Sequence record: OR805294.1
Strand: one strand, 5' to 3'
DNA length: 64,000 nucleotides
A model generated the notes under the pieces. The model worked only from the letters and a program-made list of their open reading frames with translations, was not told where the DNA came from and did no database searches. A program made the position numbers and the translations under genes. Numbering within the stretch: position 1 is the stretch's first letter; every line of letters begins with the position of its first letter. Positions 1 through 9,586 of the stretch are shown here, one piece after another.

Positions 1-317
1 TAGTTTATCATTCTAGCTAAACGTATAATGCTATCCCTACGCTCAGCAGTATCCATAAAGTTTTCTCTAGAATTTAAATCCATTCTGAATGCAAGACTAG
101 TTCCTAGATATGCAAGCAATTCAATAATAGCAATAAATTCAGAGCTTTCTATGTAATCATTAAAATCTTCAGGATAATGAATTTGAACATAATTAACTAA
201 CGCAGTCTTTAAGGAATCAAAATCATATGCTTTGAAATCGACGTCCTTGAAACTTTTATATATTTTTCTATAATCTTCCGCTGCGAACAGATTAGATTGT
301 CTTACGTCTTGTGACAT
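1..317 (-). CDS. gp6: Baseplate wedge subunit, T4 gp6-like (5' part; runs off window edge)
   Basis: Translated by hand from ATG at 317: MSQDVRQSNLFAAEDYRKIYKSFKDVDFKAYDFDSLKTALVNYVQIHYPEDFNDYIESSEFIAIIELLAY...DTAERRDSIIRLARMIN. This is the typical gp6/gpJ N-terminus; it lies directly downstream of gp25. Confidence 0.85.
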   Translation of the reverse strand, partial: MSQDVRQSNLFAAEDYRKIYKSFKDVDFKAYDFDSLKTALVNYVQIHYPEDFNDYIESSEFIAIIELLAYLGTSLAFRMDLNSRENFMDTAERRDSIIRLARMIN

Positions 318-331
318 GAATTAATTCCTAC

Positions 332-724
332 TTATAATCTATCTATGTTAGAACTATTTTCTTGAGTAAAAATAGCAATAAGCCTTTCTGGGGTTTGGTA
401 TGGCAAAAATGTAAGTAATACTTCTATTCTTATTCCGTTGTGAAGTTGTATTACTTTTATATCGTCATCGCTATTTAATTGAACTCTCGGGTCAGAACCA
501 ATTACGTCCTTGACATCATCTACAACTATTCCTACTGTATATTCGTCTAGGGGATCCATTACATAGTCGTGTATGATACTTCCAAATTCGGGTAACATAA
601 CTCGTTCGCCCTTTCTTGTATAGAAATGATTCATTAAATCTACTTTAACTAAATCTATGTCATTTACTTGATACGGTGGCCTAACTTTACCTACCGTAGA
701 AAATCCAATAAACACTTTTGCCAC
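332..724 (-). CDS. gp25: Baseplate wedge subunit, gp25/gpW-like
   Basis: Motifs TRKGERVMLPEFGSII and DPRV typical of the GPW_gp25 family; 130 aa; upstream of gp6. Confidence 0.9.
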   Translation of the reverse strand: MAKVFIGFSTVGKVRPPYQVNDIDLVKVDLMNHFYTRKGERVMLPEFGSIIHDYVMDPLDEYTVGIVVDDVKDVIGSDPRVQLNSDDDIKVIQLHNGIRIEVLLTFLPYQTPERLIAIFTQENSSNIDRL

Positions 725-747
725 TTTATTATTCCTGTTTATTTCAA

Positions 748-755
748 TATTTATC
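748..755 (-). promoter_or_regulatory. Putative late promoter GATAAATA (gp25-gp6)
   Basis: GATAAATA on minus strand 24 nt upstream of the gp25 start; the same octamer recurs before most structural operons. Confidence 0.65.
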
Positions 756-860
756 TGGATATTTTTCTACATACTTAACTTGACGGATAACAGTAAAATT
801 AGTATACTGTGTGCATGTTAAGTAATTCCGCTTAACAGTAACCAAGCTAAGAAAAAGAAA

Positions 861-1103
861 ATGGCAAAAGAAAAAGTAACTTTCCCTATCTATAAATTCA
901 ACCGCATTGCAGAAATGGCTGACAAATATAATTCTAAAACTAAGACACAACGGTTTCAAGTTATGTCTAAGTTTAAAGGAACTCAGCTCATAGAAGTTGG
1001 ACTGTACGATACTAAAGATAAGAAATATGTACTAGTAGATACACGCCATTATACAATGGATGATTGTATAAAAGAAATGGAATCTATGATTTCAGGAAAG
1101 TAA
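861..1103 (+). CDS. Hypothetical protein (80 aa)
   Basis: ORF followed immediately by a terminator hairpin; the codon usage looks genic. Confidence 0.65.
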   Translation: MAKEKVTFPIYKFNRIAEMADKYNSKTKTQRFQVMSKFKGTQLIEVGLYDTKDKKYVLVDTRHYTMDDCIKEMESMISGK

Positions 1104-1117
1104 CTTAAACAGAAGGG

Positions 1118-1147
1118 AGGGGGTTAAGTAACTAACCCCCTATTTTT
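1118..1147 (+). terminator. Intrinsic terminator
   Basis: AGGGGGTTA-agtaac-TAACCCCCT stem followed by ATTTTT. Confidence 0.75.
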
Positions 1148-1432
1148 ATGCCCGGAAAATTAAAGTATCATAATAGCTATGACTTTATATACGGCGTCTA
1201 TGTTATCGCAAAAGATTCCCACAAAGGACAATATGTATGCATAGCTTTATCCGAAGACTTAGACGAAGAATATATATTTAATGAAATCAATTTTTATAGT
1301 GTACGCTATATAAAAGATAATTTCTACGATGTATATTGCAAATTCGATTTATTTACTTTTGCTAGAATGTTGGCAACACATTTAGAATTATTGTACGACA
1401 GAAGATACAATTATTTTAATGACGATTTATAA
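1148..1432 (+). CDS. Hypothetical protein (94 aa)
   Basis: Tyr/Phe-rich ORF ending at the bidirectional terminator shared with gp5. Confidence 0.55.
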   Translation: MPGKLKYHNSYDFIYGVYVIAKDSHKGQYVCIALSEDLDEEYIFNEINFYSVRYIKDNFYDVYCKFDLFTFARMLATHLELLYDRRYNYFNDDL

Positions 1433-1453
1433 AGGAGCATTATGCTCCTTTAT
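1429..1453. terminator. Bidirectional terminator between ORF1148 and gp5
   Basis: ATAAAGGAGCAT-t-ATGCTCCTTTAT palindrome; contains the gp5 stop codon. Confidence 0.75.
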
Positions 1454-2873
1454 TTTTGTGCTCAGGGCACGGTTCGAATGTATTAAATCTAGATACTATA
1501 GTAGTTACTCCTGGCTGAGACATTCTATTATATCTATTTGCATCACTAAACTCAGGCAATATATTAGTTTTGCCATTAGTAGTAGGTGTACTTGCTTCAG
1601 TAGGAGAATCAGGCGCAGGCGGCTGCGGACCGTTCATATGTATATTAGCACCTAACTCGATAATATCCCCGCCTGCACTTAACCCATATGTTCCGTTAGT
1701 AGCAGTTGCTATCTGTCCTGCAGCTTGTAAATTATAATTAGAACCTGCTTTTAAAGATATATCAACTCCGGCAGTGTTATGCAAACTGCCTCCTAATTGG
1801 TTTAGTAATGTATCTTTTTGTGATTGAATATTTAAATTATTATTAGCTTGTATAAATATATCTCCACCTTGACCTGTTAGTTCCGGTGCTATGCCTCCGG
1901 TAGAAACAGTAGTATAGTCTTTAGATGCTTTAATGTTTATATTTCTTCCTGCCTCTATATTAATATCTCTATCTGCTCGTATATTAAAATCTTCCATAAA
2001 ACGTAAAGATCCGGATTTTGCACCAAATACATCTACGTTGCCCGAGTTATCTAATTCTATCCAAGCAGTGCCCAATTTATTAATTATATAAATTATTCCA
2101 TTAGTTTCATCTAATCTTATTTGAGCACCAGATCTAGTTCTTAATGTGATATGTTCAGATGTGGGTGCATCATCCATAACGAACTGATGACCGCCATGCC
2201 TTCTTGCATTTGCACCGTCTATCACTGGACCCGGGGTAAGAATACCGAATACCTGACTAGGTGCTTCCCTGCGTGCAGATGATGAAGATACACCCCGTAT
2301 ATTATCGTTAATAAGCCCTTGCGTTTTTAATCCTTGGGCAAGACTAGCAACAGGTTTATTAATAGTTTGTGCATTTACTTTTTCTAGTGTGTTTTTATTA
2401 TATTCGCCTACAGGTAGAGATTTGCCTGCTGTCTCATAATTATTAACACTGCCAGCAACTGCAGGAATCATATGATTCATCTGTTGTTGCCATATACATC
2501 CAAACCAAAATCCCTTTGCAGGGTCGCCATTAGCAAACATTACAGCTACCTGATTTTCAAGATCCGGCGGAACTGCCCACATACCGTAAGATGTTTGTGT
2601 TTCGTGGAATGCAGATACATCTTGTGAGCCGCCGATTGTCATAGGATTAGTTGCGCCAGCAAATGGCGAACAGTATCCAACTAACAACCAACCAGATTCA
2701 TCGCTCGGATCAGTACCGAATTCCGGTACCCAAACCCTAAGTCTTCCCATTCTGTTGCTATCGACATTATCTTTGACAAACCCAATATACATTCCGTAAT
2801 ATTTTTGTGCTCTGCCTGTCGGTGTTTTGCTAGCAGACGGATTTACACCTACTGTTCTAGAATATGTACTCAT
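1440..2873 (-). CDS. gp5: Baseplate central spike, gp5/VgrG-like (OB fold + beta-helix, no lysozyme domain seen)
   Basis: N-terminal GFVKDNVD...GRLRVWVPEF OB-fold, FANGDPAKGFWFG, GHQFVMDD and LRTRSGAQIRLDE, then beta-helix-like repeats. Confidence 0.85.
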   Translation of the reverse strand: MSTYSRTVGVNPSASKTPTGRAQKYYGMYIGFVKDNVDSNRMGRLRVWVPEFGTDPSDESGWLLVGYCSPFAGATNPMTIGGSQDVSAFHETQTSYGMWAVPPDLENQVAVMFANGDPAKGFWFGCIWQQQMNHMIPAVAGSVNNYETAGKSLPVGEYNKNTLEKVNAQTINKPVASLAQGLKTQGLINDNIRGVSSSSARREAPSQVFGILTPGPVIDGANARRHGGHQFVMDDAPTSEHITLRTRSGAQIRLDETNGIIYIINKLGTAWIELDNSGNVDVFGAKSGSLRFMEDFNIRADRDINIEAGRNINIKASKDYTTVSTGGIAPELTGQGGDIFIQANNNLNIQSQKDTLLNQLGGSLHNTAGVDISLKAGSNYNLQAAGQIATATNGTYGLSAGGDIIELGANIHMNGPQPPAPDSPTEASTPTTNGKTNILPEFSDANRYNRMSQPGVTTIVSRFNTFEPCPEHKNKGA

Positions 2874-4897
2874 TATTGATTAAACCTTTGGATGTCTATG
2901 TCTGTTATATCAGTTAATTTATCTCTTACTGCTTGCAATTCTTGGCGGAATATGCCTTTGGAAAAAACATGCTTCACTACTATAACTTGATATATGCCAT
3001 TTATAATAGTATTTTGTTTCATAGAAGATGTTACTGTTCCTTCTATATAATTTAAATTAGGAGTCTGACTAGTAAACAAAAAGAATACCTGAGACGAAGT
3101 AGGATTAACATAAGATGTATTTGTACTGTTTATCCTATCTTCTACTGTACTTATTTTATTAGTTGTGGGCGGACCTAGCCAATAAGGATCTCCTTTTATA
3201 GATAAATCTATTTTAAGCAATTCGGCATTATCATCATACATTATTTGAGAAAATAATGAAGATAAAAAAGATTTACCTGCATGATAGTTGTCTTCTACAC
3301 CTATATCATCATTTGAAGTATCTGGGGTTTCTATAGTTGTAATAGGAAGTTTACTTAATGAATCTGCAGTAGCATCTTCTATAAATTGTATGGCATTTTG
3401 CCTTACTTCAGTTTCTTGATCTGTGTCGGGATCTGCATTTGTATTTTCTCTAATCCTTGCTTGCCTTCCTTTTGACACTAGAGACGATTGTTCTGTATTT
3501 GTATCTACAGTAGATACATTTCTAGGATCCTGGCGATCTGTACCAGGAGTAACTGTTGAATTAAATTTGCTTTTCACAGATGCACTTGTTGACATCTTCT
3601 GTTTTAATAATAACTGATCAGGAGACATTCTTCTACCTGGATCAACAGATGTATAAGTATCTACTGTTCCTGTTTGTCTAGGTAGCGTAGCATACCACAT
3701 GAAATTAAATTTCAAATTAAAATCTAATATTTGATCATTTAATCCAGTAAATAGATAATTATAATGCTTTCTTAGTACACTTCTGCCTAAATATTCATTA
3801 AATCTGTTTTCTGAAGACTCGGGTGTAACTCTAGATTCATCCTTCGATGCAACTATTGTCATTGTATCGTACGGTACGATAACATACCTAAAATTCCTAG
3901 CATAATCCCCTCTTCCTGGGTCATATTCTAGCGTGTCTACTTGAGACAAAACCCTATATAATTTTTTAACCATAGACCTATTTGGATCTGGATTAAATTG
4001 GGGGTGAGCCGGAACATCCGAACCTGCAATTTCCTTTTCAATAACTTCTGTAGAATTTATTATAGTTTCAATTATATACTGAATACTAGTATTATCATAA
4101 AATTGAACAGTAGTTACTGAGTTATCATCCACTACATAGTCAGATAGTCTGTCAATTGTTTGGTCGGAATTAGATATTTTTAACGGAGCATTTATTAATC
4201 TCTCATCCGAAATTATTATTTCGTACTTATCTGGCTTCAATTGTTTATTAGATGCTCGCTGTGGCTGTCTATCATTGAGTGATTGTTTTAATTTTTCTAA
4301 CATTTCGCCTACAGTTTTGCCAGAAAGAGATATACCTTGTTGCATATCGCCGTATTGGTTTGTATATCCTAGTTCACTGTATACTGCTCCTACAAAATCA
4401 TAAGTTGTACCCGATCCTGTAACAACCATATCCATTTTAGTTATAGTAATAGGAAATACCCATTTTGCCTTCATAACAGACGGCAACGAAGAAGTTGTTG
4501 TTCTACCTTTAAAAGTCAATTCCATAAAATATGGTGCTTTTAAGTAATTATCTATACCTAAACTAACAGCAGATGCATATAACTGATCTAACATACTACT
4601 GCCATGAGGTTCTTGAATTTTAAAAGATAATGTTGTAGACTCACCCGTGCCAGTTTCTACTGTCATTCCGGGAACAGTTGTTAATATGAAGTCATCTATA
4701 CCTAATCCAGTAACACCCGATTCTGCAATTGTTATTTGCCTGGACCTGTCTAATACATTATTGTTTACTATATCTTCTATAGAGCACATATATAGTCGCA
4801 AATGATAAGTAGTGCTAGTTATAGAATCTAATGGATTAGGTAAAAACGGATACATATTTGTATCCGTATTAGTAGGAGTAGGTTTGTTTAATGACAT
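2873..4897 (-). CDS. Probable baseplate hub protein (gp27/gpD-like)
   Basis: Lies between the gp53-like and gp5-like genes; C-terminal IKGDPYWL...GIYQVIVVKHVFSKGIFRQELQA resembles hub proteins. Confidence 0.55.
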   Translation of the reverse strand: MSLNKPTPTNTDTNMYPFLPNPLDSITSTTYHLRLYMCSIEDIVNNNVLDRSRQITIAESGVTGLGIDDFILTTVPGMTVETGTGESTTLSFKIQEPHGSSMLDQLYASAVSLGIDNYLKAPYFMELTFKGRTTTSSLPSVMKAKWVFPITITKMDMVVTGSGTTYDFVGAVYSELGYTNQYGDMQQGISLSGKTVGEMLEKLKQSLNDRQPQRASNKQLKPDKYEIIISDERLINAPLKISNSDQTIDRLSDYVVDDNSVTTVQFYDNTSIQYIIETIINSTEVIEKEIAGSDVPAHPQFNPDPNRSMVKKLYRVLSQVDTLEYDPGRGDYARNFRYVIVPYDTMTIVASKDESRVTPESSENRFNEYLGRSVLRKHYNYLFTGLNDQILDFNLKFNFMWYATLPRQTGTVDTYTSVDPGRRMSPDQLLLKQKMSTSASVKSKFNSTVTPGTDRQDPRNVSTVDTNTEQSSLVSKGRQARIRENTNADPDTDQETEVRQNAIQFIEDATADSLSKLPITTIETPDTSNDDIGVEDNYHAGKSFLSSLFSQIMYDDNAELLKIDLSIKGDPYWLGPPTTNKISTVEDRINSTNTSYVNPTSSQVFFLFTSQTPNLNYIEGTVTSSMKQNTIINGIYQVIVVKHVFSKGIFRQELQAVRDKLTDITDIDIQRFNQ

Positions 4898-5196
4898 TAA
4901 ATTATACCTTCTAACGATTCTATAGTGGGTGCATATATAGATTTTCCAGCAGTAAAATCGTATATAGGATCGATTAATTCATCCATATTTCTTACCGCAA
5001 ATACCCACCAAAGTTCTTCTGTTCCGTATAAATCATACGAAAGCAAATCAGGTCTTTGATCATATTTAGGTGCAATAACAATTAATTCATCAGTTATATT
5101 AGGTAATATTTTCCTAGGAACCCATAAATCTAAATAAAAATCTTTTATAGGTGTATCATAATATCGGCTTTTCGTAGAAGAAATGTTATTTGCCAT
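4897..5196 (-). CDS. gp53: Baseplate wedge gp53/LysM-like (gpX-like) protein
   Basis: YDQRPDLLSYDLYGTEELWWVFAVRN is the gp53/LysM signature; 99 aa. Confidence 0.8.
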   Translation of the reverse strand: MANNISSTKSRYYDTPIKDFYLDLWVPRKILPNITDELIVIAPKYDQRPDLLSYDLYGTEELWWVFAVRNMDELIDPIYDFTAGKSIYAPTIESLEGII

Positions 5197-5831
5197 TATA
5201 TAAATCCTTTATTATTCTTCAGTAACTCACCTGTCCTAAATTTACTTAGATCAAATGTCTGCCTAACTTCTTGTGGATTATATTGAGGTTCTAACGTTAT
5301 CGTCATAGTTAATTGAGTAGGAACATCTGTATTTTCACTTATGTTGTTAAATCTTACAGGGACATAATCTACTTTGTTGTCTAAAATAATACTGAAATTT
5401 TTAACAACCACTGGTACATTTTTGAACATGTATGTTCCTAAGTAATTAAATGATAAAATAGGCGGCGGCGTACCTGCTCTTACTAAATCTGTTTGTCCGA
5501 AGTAATTTTTTGTTACTGTTCGCATAAAATGCATTGCTGCTAATGTATATCTTGCCTCTACATCTGTTTGTGATGTAAATATTGCTTCTACTGATATAGG
5601 CTGAGGTGCAGATTTAACATATGCAAGGTATTTGTAGTTAGTATGAGTAAAATGAAAGGATTCATCGTATTCTGCATCTGCTGCTAATGTAACTATCGGT
5701 CTGAACGGAAATATCAAACCGCCTGTCTTTTTTAGAGGTGCAAGAATGTTAACAAGCTGGTCGTTACTTTCTCCAAATAAATCATTTGCAGCTAACGCAT
5801 TCTTTGGTTTTAAAATTGCTCTACTATCCAC
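5196..5831 (-). CDS. Baseplate-tail tube initiator, gp48/gp54-like
   Basis: Tube-fold motifs FPFRPIV, HTNYKY, GTPPPILSFNYLG..FKNVPVVVKNFSI; first gene of the baseplate operon. Confidence 0.65.
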   Translation of the reverse strand: MDSRAILKPKNALAANDLFGESNDQLVNILAPLKKTGGLIFPFRPIVTLAADAEYDESFHFTHTNYKYLAYVKSAPQPISVEAIFTSQTDVEARYTLAAMHFMRTVTKNYFGQTDLVRAGTPPPILSFNYLGTYMFKNVPVVVKNFSIILDNKVDYVPVRFNNISENTDVPTQLTMTITLEPQYNPQEVRQTFDLSKFRTGELLKNNKGFI

Positions 5832-5851
5832 GATATATAATCTCTTTTATA

Positions 5852-5859
5852 TATTTATC
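5852..5859 (-). promoter_or_regulatory. Putative late promoter GATAAATA (baseplate operon)
   Basis: Octamer about 20 nt upstream of the GTG at 5831. Confidence 0.65.
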
Positions 5860-5880
5860 AGTAGGTTTATATGCTAATAT

Positions 5881-5909
5881 TTGACTTTGAAAATATTTTG
5901 TTGTAAAAT
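5881..5909 (+). promoter_or_regulatory. Sigma70-type promoter for gp55-gp47-gp46
   Basis: TTGACT-17 bp-TAAAAT. Confidence 0.7.
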
Positions 5910-5933
5910 AATAATAAAAAGCATGGATGCACA

Positions 5934-6776
5934 ATGAATACAAAAATTGTAGTTAATTATATTAATAATAAAGAAATGTTAAAGGAAATACATCGTAGTA
6001 AAAATTCATTCTGCGAATATATTTCCCCAGAGTATAAAGATTACGATATTATCTTTACTTCAAAAGAAGACTGTCTGAAACAAGAAAATATAAACGCAGC
6101 AATACTTAAACGAGCAGAGCGTTTAACTCAAGTACAGATAGATGAATATGCATTAAGAACAAATACTAGTTCTAAAAAAGCAAAAGCATCTATAACCCAA
6201 GTAGATCCTGCAACAATAAATAAACATGATGTTGTTTTTCGTGTTATCACATACGAACATATTCCAGAAGATCATGATAGGAAAAAGACAAAAAAATCAA
6301 TTAAAGACTATCATGTTAAGTTAAATTTTACTCCTTTTAAGCATTTTATTATAGACGAAAATAATAACTTAGTAGAAGTAGGCAGAAGCCACAGCAAAAA
6401 AGGAGAGTTTTGCTTAACTGGAGGATCTATATCAGATAGATTAGCAAAAATGTTTATGTTGTTAATTGACAAATTCGGTCAAAAAAGCAACTGGCGTGGA
6501 TATTCATATCTAGATGAAATGAAGGGACAAGCTTTACTTCAGTTAGCGTCTATGGGGTTGCAATTCGACGAACATTTAAGTGATAATCCCTTTGCATATT
6601 ACACTTCGTCTATAAACAATTCTTTTACTAGGGTATTCAACATAGAAAAACGTAATCAAATAATCAGGGATGATTTATTACAAAATATGGGACAAAATCC
6701 TAGCCTTACTAGACAATTAGAACACGATGAGCAAATTCGGTTGCTCAGAGAATTAAATGATTCTAAAGATGATTAA
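5934..6776 (+). CDS. gp55: Late-transcription sigma factor, gp55-like
   Basis: NYINNKEMLKEI at the N-terminus; NWRGYSYLDEM...FDEHLSDNPFAYYTSSINNSF; directly upstream of gp47/gp46 as in T4-like phages. Confidence 0.85.
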   Translation: MNTKIVVNYINNKEMLKEIHRSKNSFCEYISPEYKDYDIIFTSKEDCLKQENINAAILKRAERLTQVQIDEYALRTNTSSKKAKASITQVDPATINKHDVVFRVITYEHIPEDHDRKKTKKSIKDYHVKLNFTPFKHFIIDENNNLVEVGRSHSKKGEFCLTGGSISDRLAKMFMLLIDKFGQKSNWRGYSYLDEMKGQALLQLASMGLQFDEHLSDNPFAYYTSSINNSFTRVFNIEKRNQIIRDDLLQNMGQNPSLTRQLEHDEQIRLLRELNDSKDD

Positions 6777-6787
6777 AAGGATTTAAA

Positions 6788-7801
6788 GTGGGTAATTTAT
6801 TTAAGAAAGTTGCATGTTTTAGTGATATTCACTTCGGATTGCATCATAACTCTAAAATTCACAATCAAGACTGTGAAGATTTCATTAAGTGGTTTTGTAA
6901 AACTGCTAAAGAAAAAAATGCAGAAACATGTATATTTTTAGGCGATTGGCATCATACAAGAAACACCATTAATGTATCTACACTAAACTACACCATGTCT
7001 AGTTTAGAACTACTAAACGATACGTTCGAAAAAGTATATTTTATCACTGGCAATCATGACCTTATGTATAGAGAAAAAAGAGAAGTACATTCTATTCCGA
7101 TGGGTCACAAATATCCTAATATAGTTATGATAGAAGATCCGTTCGAACAAGGAGATGTATCTATTCTACCGTGGTTAGTAGGAGATGAATGGAAAGACGT
7201 TCCTAAAATAAAAGCAAAATATTTGTTTGGGCATTTAGAAATTCCAGGATTTAAACTAAATGCAATGGTAGAAATGCCCGATGTAGGAGAAATAAAATCC
7301 GAACATTTTGTTAATCAAACATATGTATTTTCTGGACATTTTCATAAGAGACAAGTAAATGGAAAAATTAATTATATCGGCAATCCATTTGGTCACAACT
7401 ATTCTGATGTATGGGATTTTGATAGGGGTGCAATGTTTTTAGAATGGGGAGGGGAGCCTGAATATGTTAATTACGAAGACGGACCTAGATTCATATCCAC
7501 TACATTGAAACAAATACTAGAAAATCCAGATTATTATCTTAAGCCAAAAACTCACGTAAAAGCAACTATAGATGTAGATATAACATACGAAGAAGCCAAT
7601 TTCTTACGTGAAACATTCTTGTCTTCATATAAAGTTAGAGAATTTAAATTATTACAGTCTAAATATAGCGAACACGAAATAGAAAGTGATACTGAAACTG
7701 AATTCGAAACTGTAGATGAAATTGTTATTTCCGAACTAACTAATATCCAAAGTGATAACTTTGATAAAAACATACTTATAAGCATTTACACAAACCTATA
7801 A
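6788..7801 (+). CDS. gp47: Recombination nuclease, Mre11/SbcD-like
   Basis: Metallophosphoesterase motifs DIHFG, GDWHH, GNHD, GHLE and SGHFH. Confidence 0.93.
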   Translation: MGNLFKKVACFSDIHFGLHHNSKIHNQDCEDFIKWFCKTAKEKNAETCIFLGDWHHTRNTINVSTLNYTMSSLELLNDTFEKVYFITGNHDLMYREKREVHSIPMGHKYPNIVMIEDPFEQGDVSILPWLVGDEWKDVPKIKAKYLFGHLEIPGFKLNAMVEMPDVGEIKSEHFVNQTYVFSGHFHKRQVNGKINYIGNPFGHNYSDVWDFDRGAMFLEWGGEPEYVNYEDGPRFISTTLKQILENPDYYLKPKTHVKATIDVDITYEEANFLRETFLSSYKVREFKLLQSKYSEHEIESDTETEFETVDEIVISELTNIQSDNFDKNILISIYTNL

Positions 7802-9555
7802 TGTTAAAATTTAAATCTATATCAATGCGAAATTTTATGTCTGTCGGTAATAATACACAGACTATATTGCTAGACGAAAACGATCTAACATTAGTTTTAG
7901 GAGAAAATTTAGATCTCGGCGGCAATGACAGTAAAAACGGAACCGGTAAGACTGCAAAATTAAATGCACTTTCGTACGCACTCTTTGGTACAGCATTAAC
8001 TAATATAAGAAAAGAAAATCTAATTAATAAAACAAATGAAAAAAATATGTATGTTAAATTAGAATTTTCGTTGAATAATAAAGAATACAAAATAGAAAGG
8101 GGAAGAAAACCCAATATATTTAAAGTTATAATCAACAACAAAGAATTAGAAACAGACGAAACTGACGAAGCGCAAGGCGACAGCAGACAAACACAACTTG
8201 CATTAGAAAAGGAATTAGGTTTTAGTCATAATATGTTTAAAAACATAATTGCACTAAACACTTATTCCACTCCTTTTCTCTCTATGAAAACTACCGAACA
8301 AAGAGAATTAATAGAACAACTGCTAGGCATAACTAAACTAAGTGAAAAAGCAGATATTCTAAAAAATTTAGTTAAAGATACTAAAGATAGAATTAAAGAA
8401 GAAGAATTTAGAATTAAAGCAATCCAAGAAGCAAATAAAAGCATAGAACAAAACATTGCTTCTATGGAACTTAGAAGCAAAGCCTGGGATAAAAGACATT
8501 TAGATACTTTACAAGAATACAGAGAATCGCTAGAGCATCTAAATAAAATAGATATAGATACTGAAATAGAAATGCATAAAGTTTTAAAAGAGATTTCTAT
8601 TAAAGAAAGAGAAAAAAATGATATTTTAAAAGAATATAATATTGTAGAACGAGAAATACAGTCATTATCTACAACAGTATCTCACCTTTCGTCACAATTA
8701 CTAAAAACTACAGAACACAACGAATGTCCTACGTGCGGACAAGAATTAAATGATAGTCATACTTCATTAACTGAATCTTTAAAATTAAAGTTAGAATCTG
8801 CAACTAATTCACTTAAAGAAAAAGAAAATGAAAAAGAATTAATTTTAAATACATTAAATTCTATTTTTATACCGGAAAAACCATCTACGTTTTATTCGTC
8901 TTTAGATGACGTTTATAATCATAAAACTATGATCAATACACTAGAGCATTCTATAGAAAAAGAAGAAATGCTAACTAACCCTCACGTAGAAAATGTTTCT
9001 ATTTTACGGGATAGTATAAAACAAGTGGATTTTGAAACTATTAATACGTTAGTTTCGCTGCGAGATCATCAAGAATTTTTATTAAAACTGCTAACCTCAA
9101 AAGATAGTTTTATAAGAAAAAAGATTATAGATCAAAATTTATCTTATCTAAATACAAGACTTGCACACTACTTAATAAAAATAGGATTGCCACACGAAGT
9201 AAAATTTATGTCTGACCTAGAAGTTCAGATTACAGAACACGGCAGAGAATTAGATTTTGATAATTTAAGTAGAGGTGAACGCACCCGTTTAATTCTTTCA
9301 CTAAGTTGGGCATTCAGGGATGTATTTGAAAGTCTTAACTATAAAATAAATCTGCTGTATATAGACGAATTAATAGACAATGGATTAGATACCAGAGGTG
9401 TAGAATCTGCTCTAAGCATTCTAAAACAAATGTCAAGGGATTCTAGCAGAAAAGTATTTTTAGTGTCACACAGAGAAGAATTAATTGGACGAGTTGATGT
9501 TCAACTAAAAGCAGTAAAAGAAGGTGGATTTACTTCTTATACAATCGAAGGATAA
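7801..9555 (+). CDS. gp46: Recombination ATPase, Rad50/SbcC-like
   Basis: Walker A NGTGKT, zinc hook CPTC, signature LSRGE and Walker B LYIDE. Confidence 0.95.
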   Translation: MLKFKSISMRNFMSVGNNTQTILLDENDLTLVLGENLDLGGNDSKNGTGKTAKLNALSYALFGTALTNIRKENLINKTNEKNMYVKLEFSLNNKEYKIERGRKPNIFKVIINNKELETDETDEAQGDSRQTQLALEKELGFSHNMFKNIIALNTYSTPFLSMKTTEQRELIEQLLGITKLSEKADILKNLVKDTKDRIKEEEFRIKAIQEANKSIEQNIASMELRSKAWDKRHLDTLQEYRESLEHLNKIDIDTEIEMHKVLKEISIKEREKNDILKEYNIVEREIQSLSTTVSHLSSQLLKTTEHNECPTCGQELNDSHTSLTESLKLKLESATNSLKEKENEKELILNTLNSIFIPEKPSTFYSSLDDVYNHKTMINTLEHSIEKEEMLTNPHVENVSILRDSIKQVDFETINTLVSLRDHQEFLLKLLTSKDSFIRKKIIDQNLSYLNTRLAHYLIKIGLPHEVKFMSDLEVQITEHGRELDFDNLSRGERTRLILSLSWAFRDVFESLNYKINLLYIDELIDNGLDTRGVESALSILKQMSRDSSRKVFLVSHREELIGRVDVQLKAVKEGGFTSYTIEG

Positions 9556-9586
9556 TAAAAAAGAGGCTTAAGCCTCTTTTTTATTA
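9553..9586. terminator. Bidirectional terminator (perfect 34-bp palindrome)
   Basis: TAATAAAAAAGAGGCTTAAGCCTCTTTTTTATTA between convergent gp46 and ORF9568. Confidence 0.85.
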
